Shown here: positions 35,936 through 45,689 of the stretch, in pieces
How the letters are laid out: every line of letters begins with the position of its first letter
Position numbering within the stretch: the stretch's first letter is position 1
DNA from: an uncultured bacterium
GTDB lineage: Bacteria; Patescibacteriota; Minisyncoccia; UBA6257; 2-01-FULL-56-20
NCBI GenBank assembly: GCA_963844965.1
Contig: CAWJQC010000009.1
Location: forward strand, 1-64,000
Direction: 5' to 3'
Length of the DNA: 64,000 bases
Notes under the pieces: model-generated
The model's input: only the letters and a program-made list of their open reading frames with translations
Database searches by the model: none
What the model was told of the DNA's origin: nothing
Program-made: the position numbers and the translations under genes

Positions 35936-36493
35936 TCATCTATTTTTCCTTTCAAGACGCACAATCCACCTTATTTTTTCTTTTTCCACGTCGGTGGGTG
36001 GGTTAACAGATAAACCCTCGAGTTTTTTAGATATTAGATCTTCGGTAAGTCCGCTATTAAGTCCCTCGTCTATAATATCGGCGACTCTTTTAAACTCTGG
36101 ACGATGCGTTTTTTGATAGGCAAACAGCATGTCCGCGGCGTAATCAATAAACTTCTCACCATTAGACGAGAGAGTGCCCCCGTAATCGTCCAGTGGTAGA
36201 CCCCCCTCTTCGCTCTTTCCAGCTATATCATGCACGGTTTTGACAATCTCCTTGGCATCGGAATCGGAGAGGGCTTGGAAACGTTTTACCGCGGCATATA
36301 CTGATGTGATGATTTGATCCTCGGTAAGACCGCCGCGCAAACCCCTTCTTGCTATTCCCGAAAATACTTTCTTCGATTCGCCACCAGCTGATTGGAAAAT
36401 TTTAAATATTCCGTAAAGAAAACCAAAAATCAGCGAGAACACAACGGCGAAAAGACCGAAATCACTACCATCTTTTTTGTTTGATCCTGCCAT
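35936..36493 (-). CDS. hypothetical membrane-anchored protein with internal G(L/N)(R/S)GGLTED(Q/L)II repeats
   Basis: 185 aa, one N-terminal TM helix, repeats RGLRGGLTEDQIITSV / EGLNSGLTEDLISKKL. Confidence 0.4.
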   Translation of the reverse strand: MAGSNKKDGSDFGLFAVVFSLIFGFLYGIFKIFQSAGGESKKVFSGIARRGLRGGLTEDQIITSVYAAVKRFQALSDSDAKEIVKTVHDIAGKSEEGGLPLDDYGGTLSSNGEKFIDYAADMLFAYQKTHRPEFKRVADIIDEGLNSGLTEDLISKKLEGLSVNPPTDVEKEKIRWIVRLERKNR

Positions 36494-36583
36494 TGTTGAT
36501 TACATTCAAATTCTACCATTTTTTGCTTCGACCACCATGCTGTGCAATGACAAAAATATTGTTACTAAAGAGCAGTTTCTTTG

Positions 36584-37720
36584 CTATTCTTCTTTCTCCA
36601 ATTCTTCCAATAGTTTCTTCGCTTTCGGGCTTAATTTCTTCGGCGCCTTGACAGTGAAAGTCACGAGTAAATCGCCGCGGTTTACACCGAGCACCGTCGA
36701 GGTGCCAAATTTTGGCATTCCTTCCTCCGGAATCCGCAAGTTTTCCTTCAGATTGAAGTGCGCCGGGATTTCAATATTGATTTTCCCGCCGCCTATGGTC
36801 GGTATTTCTATTTTGCGTCCCAGAAGGAGGTCAAAAATATTCAGGTCCTTTTTGATGACGAGGTCGCTGCCGTGGCGTTCAAAGACCGGATGCTGGCGGA
36901 CGCGGACGCGGATATAGAGGTCGCCCGCCGCTGTGCCGCGCTCCCCCGCCTCGCCCATTCCTTTTATTTTTATAAGCTGGCCGTCATCAACGCCGGGCAA
37001 AATTTCAACTTTCACCTCGCGCTCGCCCGTGATTTTGCCGTTTCCTTTACAATAGCCGCAGACCTTGTTGGGAATCTGGCCCACGCCGTTGCATTTCGTA
37101 CAGGCCCTGATCTGCGAAAACGTGCCGAAAAAAGTCCTGCGTTGTTCGCGGATCTCTCCCTGCCCGCCGCAGACGGAGCAGGTCGTAAAGCCGGCAGAGG
37201 CGTCGCTCCCCTGCCCCTTGCAGTGCTCACAACGGAGCGATGTTTTTATTTTAAGGTCCTTCGTGACCCCGCGGAACGCTTCCTCAAGCGTCACCTCTTC
37301 CATCATTTCCAAATCCGAACCCCTCTCGTACGTGCGGCGGCGCGGCTTCACGCCGAGTCCCTCAAAGAAACTTTCAAAAATATCGCCAATGTCGCCGAAG
37401 TCCGAATAATTTCCGCCTTCGCTGCCGGGAAATCCAAAACCTTCCCAGTTAAATCCGCCGGGAAATCCACCCCACTCGGGCCCCGCGCCTCCTCCCCAGG
37501 AAAAGCCGCTAGCGGGCTCCGCCGTTCCGAAGCGGTCATAGTTGGCGCGCTTCGCTTTGTCCGACAGAACCTGATACGCTTCGTTTATTTCCTTGAATTT
37601 ATTTTCGTCGCCGCCGGCTTTATCCGGATGATACTGGTGTGCGAGCCGCCTGTAGGCCTTTTTAATCTCCTCTTCGGAGGCGTTTTTGGTCACGCCTAAA
37701 ATTTTATAATAATCTCTCAT
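36584..37720 (-). CDS. dnaJ: molecular chaperone DnaJ
   Basis: 378 aa. J-domain with HPD ([10 protein letters not shown]), G/F-rich region, four CxxCxGxG zinc-finger repeats, C-terminal domains. Confidence 0.92.
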   Translation of the reverse strand: MRDYYKILGVTKNASEEEIKKAYRRLAHQYHPDKAGGDENKFKEINEAYQVLSDKAKRANYDRFGTAEPASGFSWGGGAGPEWGGFPGGFNWEGFGFPGSEGGNYSDFGDIGDIFESFFEGLGVKPRRRTYERGSDLEMMEEVTLEEAFRGVTKDLKIKTSLRCEHCKGQGSDASAGFTTCSVCGGQGEIREQRRTFFGTFSQIRACTKCNGVGQIPNKVCGYCKGNGKITGEREVKVEILPGVDDGQLIKIKGMGEAGERGTAAGDLYIRVRVRQHPVFERHGSDLVIKKDLNIFDLLLGRKIEIPTIGGGKINIEIPAHFNLKENLRIPEEGMPKFGTSTVLGVNRGDLLVTFTVKAPKKLSPKAKKLLEELEKEE

Positions 37721-37808
37721 AAAAATTTTTAATTTTAAAATTTTGCAATTTTCAATGATAACGCGTTTGAAAATTAAAAATTAGAAATTGAAAATTGGTC
37801 AGTATTCA

Positions 37809-38849
37809 TCAGTATTCTAAGACTTCGTGTGTCCGTGTCTCACCTAAAACGTGCATGAAATTGGACGCCAGAAGCATCTCGTATACCAGGAACGAAATAA
37901 GCCCGACGATAAGATAGAATATCACGCCGAGGATTCGGAGCACGATAAAGACCACAAGCACCCAGCCGATATCAAAAAAACTGCCGAAACGATCGCGCCA
38001 ACTGTTCAAGAACTTGATTATCACGTTATAGAGGACGTCGCTTGTCAGTTCGTCGCCGGTAATCGTTACGCCGAGACTCTTGCCCAGATTTTTTACCAGA
38101 TCGCCGGCGGTTTGCACTATGGCAGAATCCTGATCGGCGGCAGCCAGATTTTCAAATGTCGGATTATTTTTAAGCTCCACGCGCGCTATGCCTTCGGCAA
38201 ACTTTTCAAACGACGTGGAGGGGTTGATCTCCGGGTAGAAATTGGCCACAGATGCGGCAACCCAGTCGTAGAATTTCTGAAAATTGGCTTCCGAGACAAA
38301 CATGGTATTTTCATTCAATTGCGGCAAATAGAGGATGACAAACATCAGAAGAAGCGCCGTTGTCAATTTTTTAAGAACCGGTCTCGTCGTGCGGAAAAAA
38401 CTTATCTCCAAAACATTATCAAGTTCCCTGCGTCCAAATACGTCGCCGCAAAACATGAGCAAGAAGGTGAGCGCGGCGACGATGCCCAAAATTTTCAGAT
38501 TATAGGTATAGAACAATCCGAGGAGGGCAACTACCTCAAGGATAATGATCCAAAGCCGGTGCGCGAGTTCTTTCGTGAGTAGCATTGAGAGAACGGATAA
38601 AACCGAGAAAACGGTTACACCAAGTAAAAGCAGAGCGTAATTTACCGCTCCTACCAGGAACTGCCTGTAGAGGTATCCAACGCTGAACGCCGACGCGACC
38701 GTTAAGAGGTCCATAGCCAGCGGTTTATAAAAGTCGTGGCGCTTCACTGGGGCTTCGGGGTTAACCTGCCTGATCAGGTTTTGGGGAGACAATTTCGGTT
38801 CCATCCCGTTAGAAATAGGACGCGGACGAAAAAACTCCGTGCCTACCAT
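37809..38849 (-). CDS. hypothetical polytopic membrane protein located between dnaK and dnaJ
   Basis: 346 aa, at least 6 predicted TM helices. No recognisable family. Confidence 0.4.
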   Translation of the reverse strand: MVGTEFFRPRPISNGMEPKLSPQNLIRQVNPEAPVKRHDFYKPLAMDLLTVASAFSVGYLYRQFLVGAVNYALLLLGVTVFSVLSVLSMLLTKELAHRLWIIILEVVALLGLFYTYNLKILGIVAALTFLLMFCGDVFGRRELDNVLEISFFRTTRPVLKKLTTALLLMFVILYLPQLNENTMFVSEANFQKFYDWVAASVANFYPEINPSTSFEKFAEGIARVELKNNPTFENLAAADQDSAIVQTAGDLVKNLGKSLGVTITGDELTSDVLYNVIIKFLNSWRDRFGSFFDIGWVLVVFIVLRILGVIFYLIVGLISFLVYEMLLASNFMHVLGETRTHEVLEY

Positions 38850-38940
38850 TATTGCTTAATATATTTCGACCGTTCAATAAATACGTCATTTGTAAAAGCG
38901 TCCGCGATTTCTAACGGGATTCCATCTTTTTCGTTATCTT

Positions 38941-41079
38941 TTATGCGGGCGGCTGTTGAGGTTTTTCTTCGCCTCTGCCTTCGTTCCCTTTATTATAGAA
39001 CGACTGGCCGATTTTTTGAACTTCCGCCGAAAGGGCGGCACTCGCGGATTTTATCGCTTCCAGGTCGCCGCTATCCTTAACCTTCTTGAGCGCTTCAACT
39101 TTTTCGTTCACCGCGTTCTTGATATCAGCGCCGATCTTATCTCCGGCGTCCTTCAAAGATTTTTCGGCGAGGTAAACCAGCGCTTCCGCCTGGTTGCGCG
39201 TATCGGCAAGTTCCTTTTTCCGCGCGTCGTCTGCGGCGTGTTCGGCGGCTTCCTTGCGCAACTTTTCAATTTCATCTTTGGACAAGTGGGTCGTCGCCTC
39301 AATTTTCACCGATTGCGATTTTCCCGACGCCTTGTCCTTGGCCGAGACGGAGAGTATCCCGTTGGCGTCAATGTCAAAAGTCACTTCAACCTGCGGAACG
39401 CCGCGAGGCGCGGGCGGTATGCCGTCCAGAATGAACCGCGCCAGGGTTTTGTTGTCCGCCGCCATTGGCCGTTCTCCTTGAAGAACGTGAACTTCCACCG
39501 ACGTTTGCATGTCCGCGGCCGTGGAGAAAACCTGTGTCTTCGCCGTCGGCACGGTGGTGTTTTTCTGGATCATCGGCGTCGCCACGCCGCCCAACGTTTC
39601 AATGCTTAAAGTGAGCGGCGTTACGTCCAAAAGCAAGATGTCCTTCACGTCGCCCTGGAGAATTCCCGCCTGCACGGCGGCTCCCACGGCTACGACCTCA
39701 TCGGGATTGATCCCCTTGTGCGGCTCCTTTCCGAAAAGTTTTTTCACCGCTTCCACCATCGCCGGCATTCTCGTCTGCCCGCCGACCAGAACCACTTCGT
39801 TGATGTCCGACAGTTTGAACCCGGCGCCTTTCGGCGGCGGGGCGGTCACCGTCTCGCGCGTAAGTTCTATGGAACGAGCTATGTAATCCTCAACGAGATT
39901 CTCCAATTTGGCGCGGCTGAGTTTTATCAGAAAATGCTTTGGGCCGGAAGCGTCGGAAGTAATATACGGAAGATTAATTTCGGTTTCCGTGGAAGTAGAA
40001 AGCTCGTGCTTCGCGCGTTCAGCAGCTTCTTTGAGACGCTGGAGCGCGAGCGGGTCCTTTGATATATCAATGCCTTCCCGCTTCTTGTATTCCGCGACCA
40101 AATATTCGTTGATACGCTTGTCAAAATCGTCGCCGCCCAGGTGCGTGTCGCCGCCGGTCGCCTTCACCTCAACGGTGTCGTCGCCGACCTCAAGGACGGA
40201 GATGTCAAAAGTTCCGCCGCCGAAATCGTAGACAATGATTTTTTCGCTTTTTTGGCGGTTCATCCCGTAAGCCAGGGCAGCCGCAGTCGGCTCGTTAATG
40301 ATTCGCCTAACCTTGAATCCCGCGATTTCCCCGGAATTTTTTGTCGCCTGCCGCTGCGAATCGTCAAAGTAAGCGGGCACGGTGATAACCGCCTCTTCCA
40401 CTTTTTCTCCCAGTTTCGCCTCTGCGTCGGCTTTAAGTTTTCCTAACATCATCGCGGACATTTCTTCCGGCGAATACCATTTATCGCCCATTTTTATTTC
40501 AACACCGCCGGATGCGCTTTGCTGGATGTCATAAGGCAGCCATGCCTTGTCGCGCTGGACTTCGGGGTCGGTCCATTTGCGGCCGATAAGGCGCTTTACG
40601 GAAAAAATCGTGTTCTTGGGATTCGTAATCGCTTGCCGCTTAGCGAGCAATCCGACGAGCCGCTCGCCGTTCTTTGAAATCGCGACTATGGAAGGCGTCG
40701 TGCGGTTGCCCTCGGGATTCTCAAGTATGCGCGGCTCGCCGCCTTCCGTTACGGCAACCGCGGAATTAGTTGTTCCCAAGTCAATTCCAATTATTTTTTT
40801 TCCCGTAGATTCACTGGCCGTAAATTCTGCCTCAAACGCACCTTCCCCGCTCGGCAGTAAAAACGGTTTTTCTTTCACCAAAAGAAAATCCCAATCTCCG
40901 AAATCGCCACCTTTAAAAAGATTCTCTAACCCGGATTTAGAAAATATCCCGGAGGGAGCTTTCTTAATTAAAACTGTTAAAATCCTTTTGCCGCCACCAC
41001 CGGTGGCAATAGCATCTTTCAGAACTTCTACTTCTAGACCTTTATTCTTACAAAATTTTTCAATTTTATCGTAGGACAT
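38941..41079 (-). CDS. dnaK: molecular chaperone DnaK (Hsp70) with an unusual approx. 95-aa N-terminal extension
   Basis: 712 aa. [11 protein letters not shown] begins at residue 97. DLGGGTFD, full NBD and SBD. No Met or alternative start codon between 41079 and the canonical Hsp70 start. Confidence 0.88.
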   Translation of the reverse strand: MSYDKIEKFCKNKGLEVEVLKDAIATGGGGKRILTVLIKKAPSGIFSKSGLENLFKGGDFGDWDFLLVKEKPFLLPSGEGAFEAEFTASESTGKKIIGIDLGTTNSAVAVTEGGEPRILENPEGNRTTPSIVAISKNGERLVGLLAKRQAITNPKNTIFSVKRLIGRKWTDPEVQRDKAWLPYDIQQSASGGVEIKMGDKWYSPEEMSAMMLGKLKADAEAKLGEKVEEAVITVPAYFDDSQRQATKNSGEIAGFKVRRIINEPTAAALAYGMNRQKSEKIIVYDFGGGTFDISVLEVGDDTVEVKATGGDTHLGGDDFDKRINEYLVAEYKKREGIDISKDPLALQRLKEAAERAKHELSTSTETEINLPYITSDASGPKHFLIKLSRAKLENLVEDYIARSIELTRETVTAPPPKGAGFKLSDINEVVLVGGQTRMPAMVEAVKKLFGKEPHKGINPDEVVAVGAAVQAGILQGDVKDILLLDVTPLTLSIETLGGVATPMIQKNTTVPTAKTQVFSTAADMQTSVEVHVLQGERPMAADNKTLARFILDGIPPAPRGVPQVEVTFDIDANGILSVSAKDKASGKSQSVKIEATTHLSKDEIEKLRKEAAEHAADDARKKELADTRNQAEALVYLAEKSLKDAGDKIGADIKNAVNEKVEALKKVKDSGDLEAIKSASAALSAEVQKIGQSFYNKGNEGRGEEKPQQPPA

Positions 41080-41114
41080 TTTATTATTTATTTTAATTAT
41101 TTTTCTAATTCGAC

Positions 41115-42041
41115 TTATTGCAGTTCCTCGACTTTATAGCTCCACGTTACGTCGTTAAACACCCCACTACTGACGGTTAAAAGGTACGTACCCGGACCAA
41201 ACCCATTATAGGTGCCACTTACTGTTTGGCCATCGGCAACTGGAATATTGTGAACGAACGTACCAAAAGGAATGGGATTTGAAGCATCCAGCAAACTCTT
41301 GATTCTCACAAAATCCAGGTCTTGCTTATTTTCTTCGGCGGTTGTTGGCCATGTATTTGAAGTTACATGATTTGTCATGGTCCATTGTACCCTCCATCGC
41401 TGAGAGGTTATTTGGAACGGCGGCGGATATTTTCTGTCTGTATAAGCTCGTGGGTCAGTTGACCTCGCTATACTGTTACCACGAGAAATCTCGACCCATA
41501 TCCCTGCTTGCGGGGTTGTAGACTGGGATATTACTTTATAAGTGGAGTCATCGGTAATTAGTATTGGTGTCGTTACAGATAAATTCGCTATTGTTTGGGA
41601 TGTATAGGAACTCGGATCACGCAAAGCATTGCCGTTATCGCTGCCAAGGGACCCCAAATACGTACCATTGAAAGAAATTTTATTACCGGGCATCAAATTC
41701 AAATTGTTGACTGTTTTAGGCAGGATGAAAGCAACTGCAGTATTACCTTGACTATCTTTAAGAACGAGACAGCAGTTCATCTCCATGCTTTGTATTGTGC
41801 CCTCGAATTGAGATGAATTCTCGGATGACAAATCTTGGCCAGAAAATTGTTCGATGGGAGATTGTTGCGTTGAGGCCAGAGGTGTTTTTGTCGTGGACGA
41901 TGCGGTTTGCAACTGATTTGTAGGCGTCGGAGATAAGGGCGGAGGTATTGCCACCGGAGTCTGGTTGTACAGTAGCCCGCCAGTTATAGCCACAACGAAA
42001 ATCGCACCGATTACTATAGACCATTTATATTTTGTCCACAT
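41115..42041 (-). CDS. hypothetical membrane-anchored secreted protein inserted between grpE and dnaK
   Basis: 308 aa, N-terminal TM ([16 protein letters not shown]), S/T/Q-rich linker, no known domain. Confidence 0.4.
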   Translation of the reverse strand: MWTKYKWSIVIGAIFVVAITGGLLYNQTPVAIPPPLSPTPTNQLQTASSTTKTPLASTQQSPIEQFSGQDLSSENSSQFEGTIQSMEMNCCLVLKDSQGNTAVAFILPKTVNNLNLMPGNKISFNGTYLGSLGSDNGNALRDPSSYTSQTIANLSVTTPILITDDSTYKVISQSTTPQAGIWVEISRGNSIARSTDPRAYTDRKYPPPFQITSQRWRVQWTMTNHVTSNTWPTTAEENKQDLDFVRIKSLLDASNPIPFGTFVHNIPVADGQTVSGTYNGFGPGTYLLTVSSGVFNDVTWSYKVEELQ

Positions 42042-42064
42042 AGTATTTTTAAATGATAATCTAT

Positions 42065-42817
42065 TTACTTTCGCTTAAATTGAATTGACGGGCCAACTTC
42101 GTTGTGCTCCGAAAATCCGACCACGCGCCAGTCTTTAAATTGTGCCGCATCGAAAACATTTTTTATCTTCTCAAAAGAATCTGAAACAGAAAGCTCTAAC
42201 GGGACAGATAGAATTGACTTGTCATTAGTCCAAAGTGGATAAGGTGTCGTACGTTTAATGACTAAATTATGGCTTTTGCAAAATTCTTCAATCTCTTGAA
42301 CGTTGCCCTTGCTAACTTTAACCCTCGCCGGCCTTAATATTTTATCATAAATTCTGTAGCCGGGCTCTATTTCTTCCAAAACGGTCCCTTCTGGCTTATC
42401 GGATTCGGCGGCGGCAACCGCTTCGGCGGACGACGGGTCAAATTTGTCGCCGACCTTCACCTCAATCCGTTCCACGCCGCGCTTTCGCAAAATATCCTCT
42501 ATCTGCGTTCTAATCATATAAATTCCCTTATCCACAGAGCCGGATTTTTCCATAGCTCTCAATCCCAGGTCAAAATTATCAATAATCGCGATCAAATCTC
42601 TTATGAGTTCTACACTGCCGTAGCGCGCGATATCTTCCAAACGCTGCATTTCTTCCTTTTTATAGTTAATGAAGTCCGCTTTCGCTCTCTGCCAGCCGGC
42701 GAGATACTCAGCTTTTTCTTTCTCGCATTTCTCTAGTTTTTCTTTCAATTCTTTGACTTCGCCGCTGTCCGCGCCGCTTGCTTCCGAATTTTTCTTTTTA
42801 TCTTCTTCGTCTCCCAT
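42065..42817 (-). CDS. grpE: nucleotide exchange factor GrpE
   Basis: 250 aa. Acidic N-terminus, coiled coil, GrpE C-terminal beta-domain (RTQIEDILRKRGVERIEVKVGDKFDPS..AEAV). Sits between hrcA and dnaK. Confidence 0.8.
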   Translation of the reverse strand: MGDEEDKKKNSEASGADSGEVKELKEKLEKCEKEKAEYLAGWQRAKADFINYKKEEMQRLEDIARYGSVELIRDLIAIIDNFDLGLRAMEKSGSVDKGIYMIRTQIEDILRKRGVERIEVKVGDKFDPSSAEAVAAAESDKPEGTVLEEIEPGYRIYDKILRPARVKVSKGNVQEIEEFCKSHNLVIKRTTPYPLWTNDKSILSVPLELSVSDSFEKIKNVFDAAQFKDWRVVGFSEHNEVGPSIQFKRK

Positions 42818-43437
42818 TATTTTTTATTGCTTAATTCTTTGAAAATACCCAGGACCTTTTTATAGTTCATTCTCTTCGGGCCGATAGCCAAAAGAAGAAC
42901 GCCGCCGCCGTTTGCCCCGTAGCTTCCCGAGATGACCGCCAAATCCCCACTTTTCGTCACCGGACTTTTCCTACCGATAAAGACCTGCGGCTCGGCGGAT
43001 TTTTTTAATTTTTTCTCCGCTCTGCCCAGTCGCTCGTCAAGCTCCGCGAAGTCGCGGACAATTTCTTTGATCGCGTCCGGCGTTTCCCACTCCGGCCGTT
43101 CCACGAGATTTTCAATCCCCTCTTTGTATATCTCGCCGCCTCCGCTCGCGACGCCCAAAAGTTCAAGTTCGTCCGAAAGGAATTCCGCGAGTCCCGCCAA
43201 GGCGTGCCTCGCGAACAAATTCCTCACGGACCACAAACCAAAAAACGATTCCTCCTCGGCAAGAATCCGATTGGCGAAAAATTCGTAACCGGCGTCGCTC
43301 GGGACCCTGCCGGCGGAGTGGTGTGGCTGTTCCAAAAACCCTTCGTTGGATAATTTCTCCAGTTCCAGCCGTATCATCGCCGGTTTAATGCCAAAATCGC
43401 AATGTTCGTAAAGCCAGCCGGAACTTATCGGCTCGTC
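42817..43437 (-). CDS. hrcA: heat-inducible repressor HrcA, 5-prime truncated (N-terminal winged-helix lost at the junction with the GC-rich block)
   Basis: The frame is open to 43485, but HrcA-like sequence (..SSGWLYEHCDFGIKPAMIRLELEKLSNEGFLEQPHHSAGRVPSDAGYEF..) ends at about 43440 where composition switches. About 30-50 N-terminal residues are absent. Confidence 0.6.
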   Translation of the reverse strand, partial: DEPISSGWLYEHCDFGIKPAMIRLELEKLSNEGFLEQPHHSAGRVPSDAGYEFFANRILAEEESFFGLWSVRNLFARHALAGLAEFLSDELELLGVASGGGEIYKEGIENLVERPEWETPDAIKEIVRDFAELDERLGRAEKKLKKSAEPQVFIGRKSPVTKSGDLAVISGSYGANGGGVLLLAIGPKRMNYKKVLGIFKELSNKK

Positions 43438-43440
43438 TGA

Positions 43441-45250
43441 GTCGACAGCCGGCCGGAAATCGGCACCTGGAGCACAGCGGCAGCGCTACACATAGACACC
43501 AACGGCAACTCGATCTTCGATCCCGACAACCTCGATTTCACCAACCGCGACCTGGTCTACAGCTTCGGCTTCTCCACCGACAACATGTTCTCCGGCAACT
43601 TCAGCCCGATCGGGGCCGCAGCGGCCGACGGCTTCGACAAGCTGGCCGCCTACGGCAAGATCGGCACGCAATATCGTTGGATCGTCAACACCAATAACGA
43701 CGGCGTGCCGGACGATGGTGGTCAACGACCCGGCGAACATCAACGGCTTGCCGGTCGCCGGCAACTTCGACGGCAACGCCGCCAACGGCGACGAGGTCGG
43801 GCTGTTCGACGGCGCAACTGGTGGCTCGACACGAATCACGACTACAAAGTCAACACGAAAATCGTCAGCTCGTTGCGGGGTTATCCGATCGTGGGCGACT
43901 TCGACGGCGACCACAACTTCGACCTGGCGACCTACCAGGTCAACCCGGTCAACAAGTTCTTCTTCGAGTTGGAGCCGCTAGTGCCACGCCGGTGTTCAAG
44001 AGCATCGATGCCGCGAGCCAGTTCGGCTACATTGGCGTTCGCTCACGGCCGGTCGCGGCCGACATCGAGCGCGACGGCACGACCGACGTGGGGCTGTGGG
44101 TGCCGGACCGCACCGGCGCCACGGGCGACCACATCGGCGAATGGTCGTTCCTGCTCTCCAATTTCGTAGACGCAGCAAGGGCACGGTCAGTACGCTGGAC
44201 CATCAGTTTTCGCCGACGCCGTTGAGCACGACCTGCTTCGCCCGCTTCGGCAACGAGTTCCCTGCCGATGGTGGGTAATTTTGATCCGCCGCTGGCCAGC
44301 GTCAAGGCGGGGCCGGCGATTTCCGGCGTGGTGCTGACCGTTTCCGGGACGAAGCCGACGGTCACTTGGGCGGTGGACGCCGGCCGAGCATTGCCGCGGC
44401 GACGTTGTTGGTGGACGGCAAGGCGGTGGCGGTTTCCAAGCTATCGGGCAGCGCGACGCACGGCAGCTATTCCGCCGGCGCTGGCGGGGTTGAACCTGGC
44501 GGCGGGCAGTCACAGCTTTGTGATCAAGGCCACGGACTCGGCGGGCACGCCCGCCACGACGCAATGCACGGGCACGTTCGACGTCGTCGGGCCGACGATC
44601 AAGGGCGTGGCACTGTCGGTTGCGAAGGGCCTACTCACGTGGAACGCGGTTTCGCCGAACGGCATGGCCGGCGTTGCCCTGATGATCGACAACAAGTCGG
44701 TGTCGAAGATCGCGCTACGCCGTCGGAATTACGCTGGGACGATGGGTTTGCCGGGGATCGGCACCACAAGTACGTCATCACGGCCACCGACAAGACCGGC
44801 AAGAGCGTGACGCTAAGCGACAGTTTTGTCGTTACCGCCCCGACGATCAGCAACGTAGCGATAGCGGCTGCGAAGGGCTTGATCACGTGGACGGCTGCGG
44901 CTTCGCGGCGTGGCGAGTGTTGGTCTGACGATCGACGGCAAGCGAGTGTCGAACACAAGCGGTCCCAACGCGGCGGGGAACTGCTACGGGTTGGCGGGCA
45001 AGCTGCCGGCGGGCACGCACAAGTACGTCATCACGGTCACTGACAAGGGTGGCAAAGCGGTGACGCTTGGCGGTTCGTTCGTGGTGAGCAAGCCGTCCAA
45101 GGCTGTGCAGAGCACCGCGATATCGAGTGCAAGCCGGCTCTGCGTTGTCCGATTCGGCCAAGGTTGCCTGGCTTTACGATCTTGGCGGTTTGACCGGCAC
45201 ATCGTCGAGTACGACCAAAAAGAGCACGTCCGCCCAAGCCGCGGACACCG
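43441..45250 (+). pseudogene. 5-prime-truncated, multiply frameshifted gene for a secreted FG-GAP / Ig-like-repeat surface protein (GC about 65%, foreign-looking)
   Basis: Protein-like segments in alternating frames: NTNNDGVPDD, AGNFDGNAANGDEVGLFDG and IVGDFDGDHNFDL (FG-GAP-like), then three approx. 100-aa Ig-like repeats (..GSHSFVIKATDSAGT.. / ..HKYVITATDKTGKSVTL.. / ..HKYVITVTDKGGKAVTL..). At least 6 frame changes. Confidence 0.5.
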
Positions 45251-45689
45251 TTATTGCCCGCTACTGAGCAGGGTTACAAGGATCGAGAAGCGGTTGAGGC
45301 GACAAGCGACATTGCCTTGTCGTAAGGATAGCATGCGTCGGGACGAGGGTTTCGAAATGGCACTATTTCGGGAGCGAACGCCTGGTCGCAGGATGGGTGC
45401 ATTTACTTACAGGATGTTTCGCCGTGAGAGTTCACCCGACAGGCGGTTGAGGATTTTTTTGAGGGTTGTGCCAACCATCTCCTGATTACCAATTGAGGTT
45501 TGGTGTTAAGAATAAGTGAAACTTGGCTCTCCGACTCGTCTGTATCGGGCGGGGATCGGCGAATCGGACGGGCCCGTCTGCCGGAGCCGTTGATCTTATA
45601 CCAGTCATTTAGAGTCGATCACCGCCGGCTCAGCCTTGCTCTGAGCCAGCCCAATAAGGGAGATTTCTGCCATGTGGTAACACCAAGCC

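Noticed and set aside
43440-43445. SalI site (GTCGAC) exactly at the composition breakpoint, suggesting a cloning junction
   Set aside because: A single 6-bp site is expected by chance every few kb in GC-rich DNA; not evidence of a vector join by itself.
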